From the IMG/VR virus record IMGVR_UViG_2863231158_000001: 64,000 bases of DNA. One strand, written 5' to 3'. Position 1 is the stretch's first letter. Every line of letters begins with the position of its first letter. A program made the position numbers and the translations under genes. This stretch comes from a virus. Taxonomy: Duplodnaviria; Caudoviricetes. The notes under the pieces are model-generated. The model ran no database searches, was not told where the DNA came from, and worked only from the letters and a program-made list of their open reading frames with translations. Positions 18,393 through 28,554 of this stretch are shown piece after piece.

Positions 18393-18764
18393 ATGCCCCG
18401 CAAAGCCCTCCAGGTCTGCCCCACCCCCGGATGCCCCACCCTCACCACGACAGGCCGCTGCGAGACCTGCCAGGCGCGCGCCACACGCACGCGCGCGAGC
18501 GCCACATCCAAGGGCTACGACGCCAGATGGGCCCGCACCAGCTCGGCCTACCTGCGAGCACACCCCTACTGCGAGTGCGACGAGTGCGAGGCGCTGCCCC
18601 CGCTGCTCAGGTCACGAGCCACCGAGGTCAACCACCGAGACGGACTCGGACCAAGGGGACCAAGGGGCCATGACTGGACGAACCTCCAGGCCATGACCAA
18701 GGCCCACCACTCACGCGAGACAGCGAAGCACCAGCCCGGAGGCTGGAACGATCGCGATCAGTGA
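18393..18764 (+). CDS. Packaging-associated HNH endonuclease
   Basis: CPTPGC...RCETC; HPYCEC; EVNHRDG...NLQAM...HH; upstream of terminase. Confidence 0.85.
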   Translation: MPRKALQVCPTPGCPTLTTTGRCETCQARATRTRASATSKGYDARWARTSSAYLRAHPYCECDECEALPPLLRSRATEVNHRDGLGPRGPRGHDWTNLQAMTKAHHSRETAKHQPGGWNDRDQ

Positions 18765-18975
18765 CTCACAGGCATCAGTGCAGGTCAGAGGCCTGCCGAG
18801 ATACCCATGTGGGGCAAAACCGCAGCTCAGAGGGGTGGGGGTGGACCCCTTCGGTCTAGGGGTCCCGGAACGCCGGGGAGGGCTCCGGGAAGTCCGCCAG
18901 GTTCAGAAGACCTTGATCGTCACGCAAGGTGACGGACGTCGGTGCTGCGCAACGCAGCGGCGAGGAGTGATCGCT

Positions 18976-19455
18976 ATGCCCCGTGGTGGTGCCCGTGTCG
19001 TGTCCGGTCCGCCGCCGGACCCCAACGCGCTGCGCCGGAATCGCCCGTCGGACAAGGCGGGATGGACGACGCTCCCGGCCGAGGGCCGCGCCGGCGTCGC
19101 GCCGGTGTTCCCGCTGGAGATGATGACGCCGCGCGAGGACGAGCTGTGGGTGGACCTCTGGTCCCGGCCGCAAGCCGTCGCGTGGGAGGCCCTGGAGCAG
19201 ACCTACGAGGTCGCGCTGTTCGTGCGCACGCTCGCGCAGGCCGAGAAGCCCAACGCCCGCGTGGACGTGCAGCGCATCATCCGCAGCTACCTGGATTCGC
19301 TCGGCCTGTCCGTGCAGGGGATGCTGCGCAACCGGTGGAAGATCGGCCCCGCCACCGAGGCCGACGAGCCCGCGCTGGCGCCGGAGGCGGCGCCGCGGCG
19401 ACGGGCGAGCGCGCGGGACCGGCTCAAGGTCGTGCCCCGTGACGAAGGCGCCTGA
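18976..19455 (+). CDS. Terminase small subunit
   Basis: MPRGGARVVSGPPPDPNALRR; LGLS...LRNRW; GAGGAG RBS. Confidence 0.8.
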   Translation: MPRGGARVVSGPPPDPNALRRNRPSDKAGWTTLPAEGRAGVAPVFPLEMMTPREDELWVDLWSRPQAVAWEALEQTYEVALFVRTLAQAEKPNARVDVQRIIRSYLDSLGLSVQGMLRNRWKIGPATEADEPALAPEAAPRRRASARDRLKVVPRDEGA

Positions 19456-21076
19456 CCACGGGTTCGTCGTCGATTTCCCCACCCTGTGGATCGTCCCGGA
19501 CTGGATCGAAGCGCACTGCCCGGTGCCGGACGGGTTCCGCGCGGGCGAGTCCCTCGAGCTGTATCCGTGGCAACTGTGGTGCACGGTCAACCACTACCGC
19601 ATCAAGGCGACGGCGACGCGCGGGCAGCTGGCGCCTGCGTTCCACTACCGGCGCTCGCAGGTGGTGGCGCCGCAGAAGACCGGCAAGGGCCCGTGGTCGG
19701 CGACCATCGTCTTGGCCGAAGCCGTGGGCCCGGTCGTGTTCAACGGGTGGGCCCGCGGCGGCGAACGCTTCCGGTGCGCGGATCACGGCTGCTCGTGCGG
19801 CTGGTGGTACGAGTACGAGGCGGGCGAGCCCATGGGCATGCCGTGGCCGAGTCCGTTGATCCAGCTGACGGCGACGTCCGAGGACCAGGTGGCCAACGTC
19901 TACCGGCCGCTGCAGAGCATGGTGAAGCAGGGCCCGCTCGGCGACCTGATGCGGGTGGGCGAGGAGTTCGTGCGCATCGGCGAGCGCGGCCGCATCGACG
20001 TCGTCACGTCCTCGGCCCTGTCCCGGCTCGGCAACCCGATCACGGCAGCCGTGCAGGACGAGACGGGCACGTGGACCGAGGCGAACAAGCTGCGCCGGGT
20101 CGCGGAGACGCAGCGGCGCGGCCTGGCCGGGATGGGCGGCCGGGCGCTGGAGACCACGAACTCGTGGGACCCGTCCGAGGACTCGGTGGCGCAGCGCACC
20201 AGCGAGGCCAAGGCCCGCGACATCTTCAAGTACCACCCGCAGGCACCCAGGACGCTGTCCTACAGCAACAAGCGGGAGCGCCGGAAGATCCACGCGGTGG
20301 TGTACGCGGGGTCGACGCACGTGGACCTGGACGCGATCGAGGCCGAGGCCGTCGAGTTGATGGAGAAGGACCCGGCGCAGGCCGAGCGGTTCTTCGGCAA
20401 CCGCTGCGTCGCAGGCAGCGCCGGGTGGCTGGACGGCTCGAAGTGGGCGGCGAAGGCGAAGCCGCGGCGGGTGCGCGCGTACACGCGGATCGTGCTCGGC
20501 TTCGACGGCTCGGACATGGACGACTGGACGGCGATCCGCGCGGAGACGATGGACGGCTACCAGTTCACGCCGGTGTTCGGCGCGAACGACGAGCCGACGA
20601 TCTGGAACCCGGCCGACCACGGTGGGCAGGTCCCGCGCGCGGAGGTCCGCGCGGCAATGGACCAGTTGATGAACCGTTACGACGTGGTGCGCCTGTACGC
20701 GGATCCGCCGTACTGGGACACCGAGGTCGATGAGTGGGTGGACCTGTACGGCGAGGAGCGGGTGATCCGCTGGTACACGCGCCGCATGGTCCAGATGCAT
20801 GCGGCGGCCGAGCGGCTGAAGACGGACGTAGTCAAGCGGAACACCGAGGGGGCGCGGGCGGCCGCGTTCACGCACGACGGGTGCCCGCTGACGCAGTCGC
20901 ACATCGAGAACACGCGCATGGCCGAGCGCCCCTCCGGGCTGTACGTGCTGCGCAAGGCGAGCCCTGCCCAGAAGATCGACAGTTCGGTGGCGTCGGTGCT
21001 CGCGCACGAGGCGCTCGGCGACGTCATCGCGGCGGGCCTGGCCGAGCGAGAAGAGTCCTTCTACTACTCGGCGTGA
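19439..21076 (+). CDS. Terminase large subunit
   Basis: LYPWQ, PQKTGKG Walker A, VQDE Walker B, LGFDGS nuclease motif, KID. Confidence 0.92.
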   Translation: MTKAPDHGFVVDFPTLWIVPDWIEAHCPVPDGFRAGESLELYPWQLWCTVNHYRIKATATRGQLAPAFHYRRSQVVAPQKTGKGPWSATIVLAEAVGPVVFNGWARGGERFRCADHGCSCGWWYEYEAGEPMGMPWPSPLIQLTATSEDQVANVYRPLQSMVKQGPLGDLMRVGEEFVRIGERGRIDVVTSSALSRLGNPITAAVQDETGTWTEANKLRRVAETQRRGLAGMGGRALETTNSWDPSEDSVAQRTSEAKARDIFKYHPQAPRTLSYSNKRERRKIHAVVYAGSTHVDLDAIEAEAVELMEKDPAQAERFFGNRCVAGSAGWLDGSKWAAKAKPRRVRAYTRIVLGFDGSDMDDWTAIRAETMDGYQFTPVFGANDEPTIWNPADHGGQVPRAEVRAAMDQLMNRYDVVRLYADPPYWDTEVDEWVDLYGEERVIRWYTRRMVQMHAAAERLKTDVVKRNTEGARAAAFTHDGCPLTQSHIENTRMAERPSGLYVLRKASPAQKIDSSVASVLAHEALGDVIAAGLAEREESFYYSA

Positions 21077-21085
21077 GGGGGTCGC

Positions 21086-22561
21086 ATGGCCACGCTGGCG
21101 CAGGCCCTCCAACTGGTGTCGCTCCTGGAGTCGGAGTTGATCCGCCGCCGGTCGGAGATCGACCGGAACGGCGACTACTACCGCGGCAAGCACCCGCTGA
21201 AGTTCGCCTCGGACGACTTCGCGAAGTACCACGGCGACCGATACCGGGACTTCTCCGATAACTGGACGCAGGTCGTCGCCGACAGCCCAGTGGAGCGGCT
21301 GACGGTCACCGGGTTCCAGGCCTCCGGGCAGGAGCGGGCCGACAAGGACCTGTGGGAGGTGTGGCAGGTCAACGGCCTGGACGCTGACTCGCAGTTGGGG
21401 TTCCTCGGCGCGGTCACCAGCGCGCGCAGCTTCGTGCTGGTGTGGGGCGACCCGGACGACCCCGACATGCCTGTGGTCACCTTCGAGGACGCGGGGCAGT
21501 GCATCGTGGCCTACGAGCCCGGATCCCGGCGGATGCGGCGGGCAGGGCTGAAGCGCTGGCAGGACGGCAACCGCGACTTTGCGACGCTGTATCTGCCCAC
21601 CGAGGTGTGGAAGTTCTCCCGGCCGTTGGCCCGGCAGGACAAGAGCCCGCAGATGGCCGACGTCGATGAGCAGCTGCGGACGTGGGAGCCGCGGGAGATG
21701 GCGGATGAGCCGAACCCGCAGCCCAACCCGATGCTGGCGGTGCCGCTCGTGGAGCTGCCGAACAAGCCGATGTTGGTGGAGGACCCGATCTCGGACGTGT
21801 CCGGCGTGGTGGCGATGCAGGATGCGATCAACCTGCTGTGGGCGCAGCTGTTCACCGCCTCTGATTACGCGTCGTTCCCGCAGCGCGTCGTGCTCGGCGC
21901 CGAGCGGCCGATGATCCCGAAGCTGAATGCGGCGGGCGAGATCGTCGGCAAGCAGCCCGTCGACCTGTCGAAGTTCGCGGTCGACCGGGTTGCGTGGATC
22001 ACGGGCAAGGACGCGAAGATCGCGGAGTGGCAGGCCGCCAACCTGGGAGCGTACTCGTCGATCATCGAGGTTGCTGTCGGGCACCTCGCCGCGCAGACCC
22101 GCACCCCGCAGCACTACCTGGTCGGCAAAATGGCCAACCTGTCCGGTGACGCGCTGCTGGCCGCTGAGACCGGGCTGGTCAAGCGGGTGGACGAGAAGAA
22201 GCTGTGGTTCGGGCAGTCCCTGCGGGAGGTCACCCGTCTGATCTACCTTGCGCGCGGCGAGGACGAGCGGGCGCGGGCGATGCGCGCGGGCGCGGTGCTG
22301 TGGGCGGACTCCGAGTCCCGCTCGCACTCCCAGCTCGCGGACGCGCTCGTGAAGCTGAAGGACATCGGGTTCCCCTTCGAGTGGCTGGCCCTGCGCTACG
22401 GGCTTACCCCCACCGAGGTCGCGGACGTGGTCGCGATGCGGGAGCGGGAGATGGAGATGGACCCGGTGGGCGCGGCCGCGCAGCTGCTTGCCCAGCGTCC
22501 CGTCCCGGACACCGAGACGGAACCGGGCGAGGACCCGGTTCCCGATGAGGCGGCGTCGTGA
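21086..22561 (+). CDS. Portal protein (SPP1 gp6-like)
   Basis: DNW...ERL, VPLVELPN, QDAIN, FPQR, NLSGDAL. Confidence 0.92.
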   Translation: MATLAQALQLVSLLESELIRRRSEIDRNGDYYRGKHPLKFASDDFAKYHGDRYRDFSDNWTQVVADSPVERLTVTGFQASGQERADKDLWEVWQVNGLDADSQLGFLGAVTSARSFVLVWGDPDDPDMPVVTFEDAGQCIVAYEPGSRRMRRAGLKRWQDGNRDFATLYLPTEVWKFSRPLARQDKSPQMADVDEQLRTWEPREMADEPNPQPNPMLAVPLVELPNKPMLVEDPISDVSGVVAMQDAINLLWAQLFTASDYASFPQRVVLGAERPMIPKLNAAGEIVGKQPVDLSKFAVDRVAWITGKDAKIAEWQAANLGAYSSIIEVAVGHLAAQTRTPQHYLVGKMANLSGDALLAAETGLVKRVDEKKLWFGQSLREVTRLIYLARGEDERARAMRAGAVLWADSESRSHSQLADALVKLKDIGFPFEWLALRYGLTPTEVADVVAMREREMEMDPVGAAAQLLAQRPVPDTETEPGEDPVPDEAAS

Positions 22562-23502
22562 CGCCGCCGGTATCCGCTCAGCAGCACCAGGAGCAGCGGG
22601 CCGTGCAGGCGGCGACGGCGGCGGCCGCGGTGCGCGCGATCTGGACGGGCGTTGACGAGGAGCGGCTGGAGGCGTCGTGGCTGGCGCGGGCGCCGCTGGC
22701 CGCCGAGCTCATTCGCACCGGGCAGCTCGCTGCGGCCTCGTCGGCCGAGCCCTGGCTGGCCGCCGAGGTCGGCGAGGGCGAGGGCACCGTGGACGCGGAG
22801 GCCGCGGTGGCGGCGACCGGGGACCTGACGCTGCCGCTGCTGTATCCGCTGCTGATCGCTTTCAACCGGATCGCCCGCGGCTTCTCCACGGCGTTGTCGA
22901 TCCTGTCGGGGGCGGCGTTTCTGGAGATGGTGACCCGCAGCCTGATCGCGGACGCGGGCCGCATCGCGGACATGGCCGGAATGATCGCCCGGCCGCGCGT
23001 CGTGTCCTACGTCCGCGTCGTGCACCTGCCCGCGTGCGCGCGCTGCATCATCCTCGCCGGACGCGAATACAGCCTCAGCGAAGGGTTCCTGCGGCATCCG
23101 CGGTGCGACTGCACCATGGCGCCGAAGCGGCCCGGCGACAGCTGGGTGCCGCTGCTTCCTGAGGACCTGGCCGCGCAGATGACCGAGGGCCAGATGCGGC
23201 GCGCGTTCGGCGAGGCCGGCGCGCAGGCCATCGCCGACGGCGCGGACGTCGCGCAGGTCGTCAACGCGCGGCGCGGCATGACCACGGCCACCCGCTACCG
23301 GCGCACCGTGCAGGCCACCACCGAAGGCACCACCCGCCGGGGCCTGTACGGGTCGCGGAGGTCGAAGTTCGAGAAGGTCCCCGGCGCCCGGTACGCGCGC
23401 GCGAGCACGCCGCGGCTGATGCCGGAGGAGATCTACCGGCTGGCCGACGGCGACCGTGCGCACGCGATCCGCCTGCTGCGCCGCAACGGCTACCTCTTCT
23501 GA
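22558..23502 (+). CDS. Minor capsid / head morphogenesis protein
   Basis: ACARC...FLRHPRCDC; follows portal. Confidence 0.8.
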   Translation: MTPPVSAQQHQEQRAVQAATAAAAVRAIWTGVDEERLEASWLARAPLAAELIRTGQLAAASSAEPWLAAEVGEGEGTVDAEAAVAATGDLTLPLLYPLLIAFNRIARGFSTALSILSGAAFLEMVTRSLIADAGRIADMAGMIARPRVVSYVRVVHLPACARCIILAGREYSLSEGFLRHPRCDCTMAPKRPGDSWVPLLPEDLAAQMTEGQMRRAFGEAGAQAIADGADVAQVVNARRGMTTATRYRRTVQATTEGTTRRGLYGSRRSKFEKVPGARYARASTPRLMPEEIYRLADGDRAHAIRLLRRNGYLF

Positions 23503-23549
23503 CCTGGCGCAACGCCCGGTCCACACCGCACCCGCAACGGGAGATCAGC

Positions 23550-24299
23550 ATGCACGCACCCCTGCCCACGCACCCGCGTACCGGCGCCCGCGCGCTGGGC
23601 TGGCGCAAGGCCCGCCCTGGCGAGGACGACGACGCCCTGTATCCGGTCTGGCCGATCCTCGGCGGCGCCGAGGACGAGGACGGCCAGGACGACGACACGG
23701 ACGACGACACGGACGAGGGCGCCGACGACGACGGTGGCCAGGACGACGACACGGCGGACGGAGGCGACCAGGACGACGCGGACCCCGAGGGCGCCGACCA
23801 GCTCGGCGACCGCGGCAAGCGGGCCCTGGCCGCGATGAAGGGCAAGTGGAAGTCCGAGCGCGACAAGCGCCGCGCGCTCGAGACCCGCATGGCCGAGCAG
23901 GGCCAGGACGACGACGCGGTCACCAAGGCGACCGCGGCCGCAACGGCCGCAGCCAACACGCGGATCCTCAAGGCCGAGGTCCGCGCCGCCGCCAAGGGCC
24001 GCCTGGCCGACCCCAAGGACGCGCTCACCTTCCTCGACCTCGAGCAGTTCGAGGTCGACGAGGACGGCGCGATCGACGAGGACGAGATCGCCGAGGCGAT
24101 CGAGACCCTCCTGAAGAAGAAGCCCTATCTGGCCGCTCAGAGCGGCCGCCGGTTCCAGGGCACCGGTGATGGCGGAGCAGCGCGCAAGGCGGGCCGTCCG
24201 AAGCAGCTCGGCGAGAAAGACCTCAAGAACATGAGCGCCGACGACATCGTCAAGGCCCAGGACGCGGGCCAGCTCGACGACTACCTCGGCGCCGGATAA
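23550..24299 (+). CDS. Capsid scaffolding protein
   Basis: Acidic N-region, coiled coil, KPYLA; precedes capsid. Confidence 0.8.
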   Translation: MHAPLPTHPRTGARALGWRKARPGEDDDALYPVWPILGGAEDEDGQDDDTDDDTDEGADDDGGQDDDTADGGDQDDADPEGADQLGDRGKRALAAMKGKWKSERDKRRALETRMAEQGQDDDAVTKATAAATAAANTRILKAEVRAAAKGRLADPKDALTFLDLEQFEVDEDGAIDEDEIAEAIETLLKKKPYLAAQSGRRFQGTGDGGAARKAGRPKQLGEKDLKNMSADDIVKAQDAGQLDDYLGAG

Positions 24300-24314
24300 C
24301 CCAAGGAGGGCCCC

Positions 24315-25157
24315 GTGGCCATCACCCGCTTCAGGCCGGAGGTCTGGTCGGCGCGACTGCTCGTCGCCACCCGGACCCGGCTCGTCTACGCGCAGCCCGG
24401 CGTCGTCAACCGCGACTACGAGGGCGAGATCGCCGAGTCCGGCGACACCGTGCGCATCACATCGATCTCGGACCCGACGATCGGCACGTACACCCCGAAC
24501 TCGACGGTCATCACGCCCGAAGAGCTCACCGACGCGCAGCGCACGCTGCTGATCGACCAGTCGAAGTACTTCTCGTTCAAGGTCGACGACGTCGACAAGC
24601 GGCAGGCCAAGGGCACCGTCATGCCCGAGGCCATGAACCGCTCCGCCTACCAGCTGGCCCGCGTCGCCGACTCCTACGTGGCGAACCTGTACACGCAGAC
24701 CGCGGTCGGCAACCAGCTCGGCACGGTGGCCGTCACCACGGCGGACCTGGCGTACACGCAGCTGCGCCTGCTGAAGCTGAAGATGGACGAGGCGGACATC
24801 CCCGAAGAGGGCCGCTACGTCGTCGGCCCGCCGTGGTTCTTCTCCCTGCTGCTGGAGTCTCCCAAGTTCCTGGACGCCTCCGCGTCCGGGACCACCGAGC
24901 CGCTGCGCAACGGCTTCATCGGCCGCACCCTCGGCTTCAACCTGGCGCAGTCCAACCAGGCCCCCAACCCCACCGGAGACGACTTCGTCGTCCAGGCCGG
25001 GGTGCCGGAAGCGATCTCCTACGCCGAGCAGATCAACAAGACCGAGGCCTACCGGCCCGAGTCGAGCTTCTCGGACGCCATCAAGGGCCTGCACCTGTAC
25101 GGGGCCAAGGTGATCCGCCCCACCCACCTCGTCACGCTGCTCGCGTCGAAGACCTGA
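24315..25157 (+). CDS. Major capsid protein
   Basis: FRPEVWSARLL, NRDYEGEI...GDTVRI, IPEEGRY, GLHLYGAKVIRP. Confidence 0.9.
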   Translation: MAITRFRPEVWSARLLVATRTRLVYAQPGVVNRDYEGEIAESGDTVRITSISDPTIGTYTPNSTVITPEELTDAQRTLLIDQSKYFSFKVDDVDKRQAKGTVMPEAMNRSAYQLARVADSYVANLYTQTAVGNQLGTVAVTTADLAYTQLRLLKLKMDEADIPEEGRYVVGPPWFFSLLLESPKFLDASASGTTEPLRNGFIGRTLGFNLAQSNQAPNPTGDDFVVQAGVPEAISYAEQINKTEAYRPESSFSDAIKGLHLYGAKVIRPTHLVTLLASKT

Positions 25158-25172
25158 TAGGAGCCCGCCACC

Positions 25173-25541
25173 ATGGCACGTACCGCTGTCCCGTACAGCA
25201 ACCTCGTTCCGAACGGCAACCTGGCGCAGCCCGCGGGCACCGCCCTGGACGCCACCAACGACCACGTCATCAACAACGCGGTGCCCGAGCTCACGGTGCT
25301 GCGGGTGACCAACACGGACGGCTCGCCGCACACCGTGACGGTCAAGGCCGGGGACAACCCGCCCGCGCTCGCGGCCGGGCAGGGCGACCTGACCGTGTCC
25401 GTCGCCGCGACGACCGGCGTGCAGCTGATCGGCCCCTTCGAGTCCGGCCGTTTCCTCCAGGCCAACGGCACGATGGAGATCGACATCGAGGCCTCCCACG
25501 CCGGAACGATCACCGCGCTGCGCGTCCCGAGGAACACCTGA
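25173..25541 (+). CDS. Beta-rich virion (decoration-like) protein
   Basis: Follows capsid; VLRVTN...HTVTV. Confidence 0.6.
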   Translation: MARTAVPYSNLVPNGNLAQPAGTALDATNDHVINNAVPELTVLRVTNTDGSPHTVTVKAGDNPPALAAGQGDLTVSVAATTGVQLIGPFESGRFLQANGTMEIDIEASHAGTITALRVPRNT

Positions 25542-25542
25542 C

Positions 25543-25872
25543 ATGGCAGAGACGATCTATCTGCGCGGCGAAGGCGGCGGCATCCACGCCATGGATCTGC
25601 CCCTGCACGAGTCGATTCAGCAGCGCCTGGAGCGCGGGCAGCTGCGCCGCGTCAACGCCGACGGCAGCCCGCTGGCCGCCGAACAGGCGCCCGCAGGCCC
25701 GGCGGACGACAGCACCCCGGACGCCGACCCCGCCGCCCCGTCCGGGCGGCCGCCGGTCAACGCGCCCAAGGCGGACTGGATCTCCTACATCGTCGCCCAG
25801 GGGCAGCTGTCCTTCGACGACGCCGCGAACCTGACCAAGGCCGACCTGATCGACCTCGCGGATGCGAGCTGA
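25543..25872 (+). CDS. Virion-associated hypothetical protein
   Basis: C-terminal KADW...LTKADLI helix-extension-helix-like motif. Confidence 0.6.
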   Translation: MAETIYLRGEGGGIHAMDLPLHESIQQRLERGQLRRVNADGSPLAAEQAPAGPADDSTPDADPAAPSGRPPVNAPKADWISYIVAQGQLSFDDAANLTKADLIDLADAS

Positions 25873-25884
25873 GGGGAGGCCGCC

Positions 25885-26481
25885 GTGGCACTCGCCCCGC
25901 TGGCGACGGTGGCCGACCTGGAGGCCCGCGGCCTGGCCATCGCAGCTGAAGAGGTCGCCGTCGTCGGTGTCTACCTCGAGGAGGCCTCGGCCGCCGTCCG
26001 GGAGGCCGCCGGGGTGCCCATCAGCCAGACGACGTCGACGCTCACCCTGGAGGGCCCGGACGACTCGCAGTGGCTGCACCTGCCCGGACCCCCGATCCAG
26101 GCGGTGGCGTCGGTCGCGATCGACGGGCAGACGGTCACCGACTGGAAGCTGACCGCGCACAAGCTGTGGCGTGCGAACGGCTGGCGCACCGGCTGCGAGC
26201 CGTCCGACGTCGAGGTGGTGCAGACCCACGGCCTGCCCACCGTGCCGGCGGACCTCGTCGGCCTGGTGTGCCGGATCGCTGCCGCGGTCCTGGTCCACCA
26301 GCGGGCGCAGCCCGACGGCGAGGGCCTCGCAGCGAAGGACATCAGGTCTGAGCGGATCGGGGACTACTCCGTGACCTACGGCGACAGCGGCCGCATCACC
26401 GACATCGAGCTGCCCGACTACCTGCGCGAGCAGCTCGCCGCCCGCTTCGGCGGCGGGGCCACGCTGGTGAGGTCCCGGTGA
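25885..26481 (+). CDS. Head-tail adaptor
   Basis: LATVADL, VPADL, SERIGDYSVTY. Confidence 0.8.
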   Translation: MALAPLATVADLEARGLAIAAEEVAVVGVYLEEASAAVREAAGVPISQTTSTLTLEGPDDSQWLHLPGPPIQAVASVAIDGQTVTDWKLTAHKLWRANGWRTGCEPSDVEVVQTHGLPTVPADLVGLVCRIAAAVLVHQRAQPDGEGLAAKDIRSERIGDYSVTYGDSGRITDIELPDYLREQLAARFGGGATLVRSR

Positions 26482-26810
26482 GCCGCGTCGGGCACCTGCT
26501 GAACGGCCGCGTGGAAGTGTGGCGGCCGGTCACCGCCGACGACGGGGGCGGCGGGCAGGACACCACCTGGGTCCTCCAGGCCACGCTGCGGGCCCGCCTG
26601 GCGCAGCCCTCGGCGCGCGAGCGCCAGGCCGCCGACCAGGCCGAGGCCGACCTGACGCACATCGTCTACCTGACGCCGGGCGCGGACGTGCGCCGCGGCG
26701 ACGAACTCCGCACGACGGCGGCCGTCGTGCTGGAGGTGACGGCTGTCTTCGAGCCGTCGGCGCCCGGCACCTATCTGAGGGCGGACTGCACCGCCCGCCA
26801 GCACGAATAG
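26478..26810 (+). CDS. Head closure / stopper protein
   Basis: DDGGGG, DVRRGDEL; position. Confidence 0.75.
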   Translation: MSRVGHLLNGRVEVWRPVTADDGGGGQDTTWVLQATLRARLAQPSARERQAADQAEADLTHIVYLTPGADVRRGDELRTTAAVVLEVTAVFEPSAPGTYLRADCTARQHE

Positions 26811-26821
26811 AGGAGTTCCTC

Positions 26822-27148
26822 ATGGCCGTCCTGTCCGCGCAGTCCGTCGCCCTCGGCGGCCTGCAGCCCACCTACGCCAACGCCGCGGGCGGCGGCGACC
26901 AGGCGCCCACCGGCGAGAAGCTGGTCCTGCACGTCCGCAACGACGACGCCTCCTCCAAGACCGTCACGCTCACCACCCCGGGCACGGTCGGCGGCCTGGC
27001 CATCGCGGACGCCGCGCAGACCATTCCGGCGGGCGGGGACGCGTTCATCCCGCTGAAGCCGACGTACCGGGACCCGGCGACCGGGCGGGCCTCCATCACC
27101 TACAGCGCCGCCACGTCCGTCACCGTGGCCGTCCTGCAGCTGCCCTGA
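26822..27148 (+). CDS. Beta-rich virion protein resembling 25173-25541
   Basis: AGGAG RBS; VLHVRN...KTVTL. Confidence 0.6.
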   Translation: MAVLSAQSVALGGLQPTYANAAGGGDQAPTGEKLVLHVRNDDASSKTVTLTTPGTVGGLAIADAAQTIPAGGDAFIPLKPTYRDPATGRASITYSAATSVTVAVLQLP

Positions 27149-27522
27149 TGGCCCGCCGCGCACGCCTGGAGGGCCTTGGCCGCGCGCTCGCCGCTATCGC
27201 GCGCGTGCCCGAAGCGATGCGCGAGGCCCGCACCGAGACGCTGCACGAGTGGGCGGAGAACGTGCAGGACACCGCCGAGGACCGTGTTCCGCGCCGCACT
27301 GGCAACCTGTGGCAGTCCCTGGACCACCGCGTCTCCGAGCAGTACGGGCGGGCCGAGGTCGGCGTGTGGGAGCCCGACCAGCTCGAGTACGCGTACTACG
27401 TGGAGAAGGGCACCAGCTCCATGACCGATCAGCCCTACCTGGTTCCCGCGTTCAACGAACACCGCCGCCAAGTGGTGCGCACCTACCGGGCCGCCGTCCG
27501 CCGACGCCTGGGAGGCGAGTGA
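27148..27522 (+). CDS. HK97 gp10-like tail component
   Basis: PRRTGNL, YAYYVEKGTS, QPYLVPA. Confidence 0.85.
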   Translation: MARRARLEGLGRALAAIARVPEAMREARTETLHEWAENVQDTAEDRVPRRTGNLWQSLDHRVSEQYGRAEVGVWEPDQLEYAYYVEKGTSSMTDQPYLVPAFNEHRRQVVRTYRAAVRRRLGGE

Positions 27523-27524
27523 TC

Positions 27525-27719
27525 ATGGCTGCCCCTGTGACAGTGTCCTTGCCCGTCTTCATCCGCGTCGGCGACGGAGCAGAGGTGCAGGCGGGCACCA
27601 TCACCGCAGACTCGGCGACCGGCATGCAGCTCGGCCAAGTTGATCTCCTGCGCGCCGTCGCAGACGAGATCCAGCGCCTGATCGCTGACCGGCCAGCGGA
27701 CGAGGGACAGAGCGGGTGA
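27525..27719 (+). CDS. Small hypothetical protein
   Basis: GGAGG RBS; coupled to the next gene. Confidence 0.5.
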   Translation: MAAPVTVSLPVFIRVGDGAEVQAGTITADSATGMQLGQVDLLRAVADEIQRLIADRPADEGQSG

Positions 27720-28117
27720 CGTCCGCGCTGTGGCCGCTCCAGACGGCCGTGTACGCCAAGCTGACCGGCCACGTCCCGCTCATGGCCCTCGTGTCGGGCG
27801 TGTACGACGAGGTGCCCGAGCAGGCCGCGCACCCCTACGTGTCGCTCGGCTCGATCACGGAGAGCGTCGACGACGCCCACAATCAGCGCGGTCTGGAGGC
27901 TGCCGTGGTGCTGCACGTGTGGTCGAAGTACCGCGGCTTCCGCGAGGCCGCGGCCATCCTCGCCGCCCTCGATGCCGCGCTGGACCGGCAGCCGCTGACC
28001 GTCTCCGGCTACCGGGACGTGTCCATCGCGCACGACCAGCACCAGCAGTTGCGCGACCCTGACCCCCAGATCAGGCACATCAACGTGTCGTACCGGGTCT
28101 GGCTCACCAAGATCTGA
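27716..28117 (+). CDS. Tail terminator (DUF3168-like)
   Basis: LQTAVYAKL, VYDEVP...PYV, LHVWS. Confidence 0.85.
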   Translation: MTSALWPLQTAVYAKLTGHVPLMALVSGVYDEVPEQAAHPYVSLGSITESVDDAHNQRGLEAAVVLHVWSKYRGFREAAAILAALDAALDRQPLTVSGYRDVSIAHDQHQQLRDPDPQIRHINVSYRVWLTKI

Positions 28118-28129
28118 CAGGAGGAAGCC

Positions 28130-28552
28130 ATGGCTGGACTCGACGCGTTCGGGACGCAGCTTCAGCGCGGCGACGGCGCCACCCCGACCGAGACGTTCTC
28201 GCCGATCGCGAACGTCACCGACATCACCCCGCCCGGCGTCGAGCGGGAAACCTACGACGTCACTGCCCACGATTCCCCGGAGGCGTGGCGGGAGTTCATC
28301 GGCGGCCTGAAGGACGGCGGCGAGGTCGAGATCGAAGTGAACTACGACCCGCGCGAGCACGACAGCCTGTTCGCCGACTTCTCCGACGCGCTGCCCCGCT
28401 CCTACAAGGTCGTCTGGCCGGGCACGCTCGGCTCGTGGGCGTTCGCGGCGATCCTGACGAACTTCGAGCCGGAGGCGCCGCACGACGACAAGCTCGCCGC
28501 GTCCCTGACGTTCAAGGTGTCCGGCAAGCCGGCCATCACCACGGGGGCCTGA
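28130..28552 (+). CDS. Major tail tube protein
   Basis: DVTAHDS...REFIGGLKDGGE, FKVSGKP. Confidence 0.88.
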   Translation: MAGLDAFGTQLQRGDGATPTETFSPIANVTDITPPGVERETYDVTAHDSPEAWREFIGGLKDGGEVEIEVNYDPREHDSLFADFSDALPRSYKVVWPGTLGSWAFAAILTNFEPEAPHDDKLAASLTFKVSGKPAITTGA

Positions 28553-28554
28553 GC

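Noticed and set aside
18765-18975. Exact cos/pac site (also 53563-53665)
   Set aside because: The position between HNH and terminase is suggestive, but the cut site cannot be determined from sequence alone
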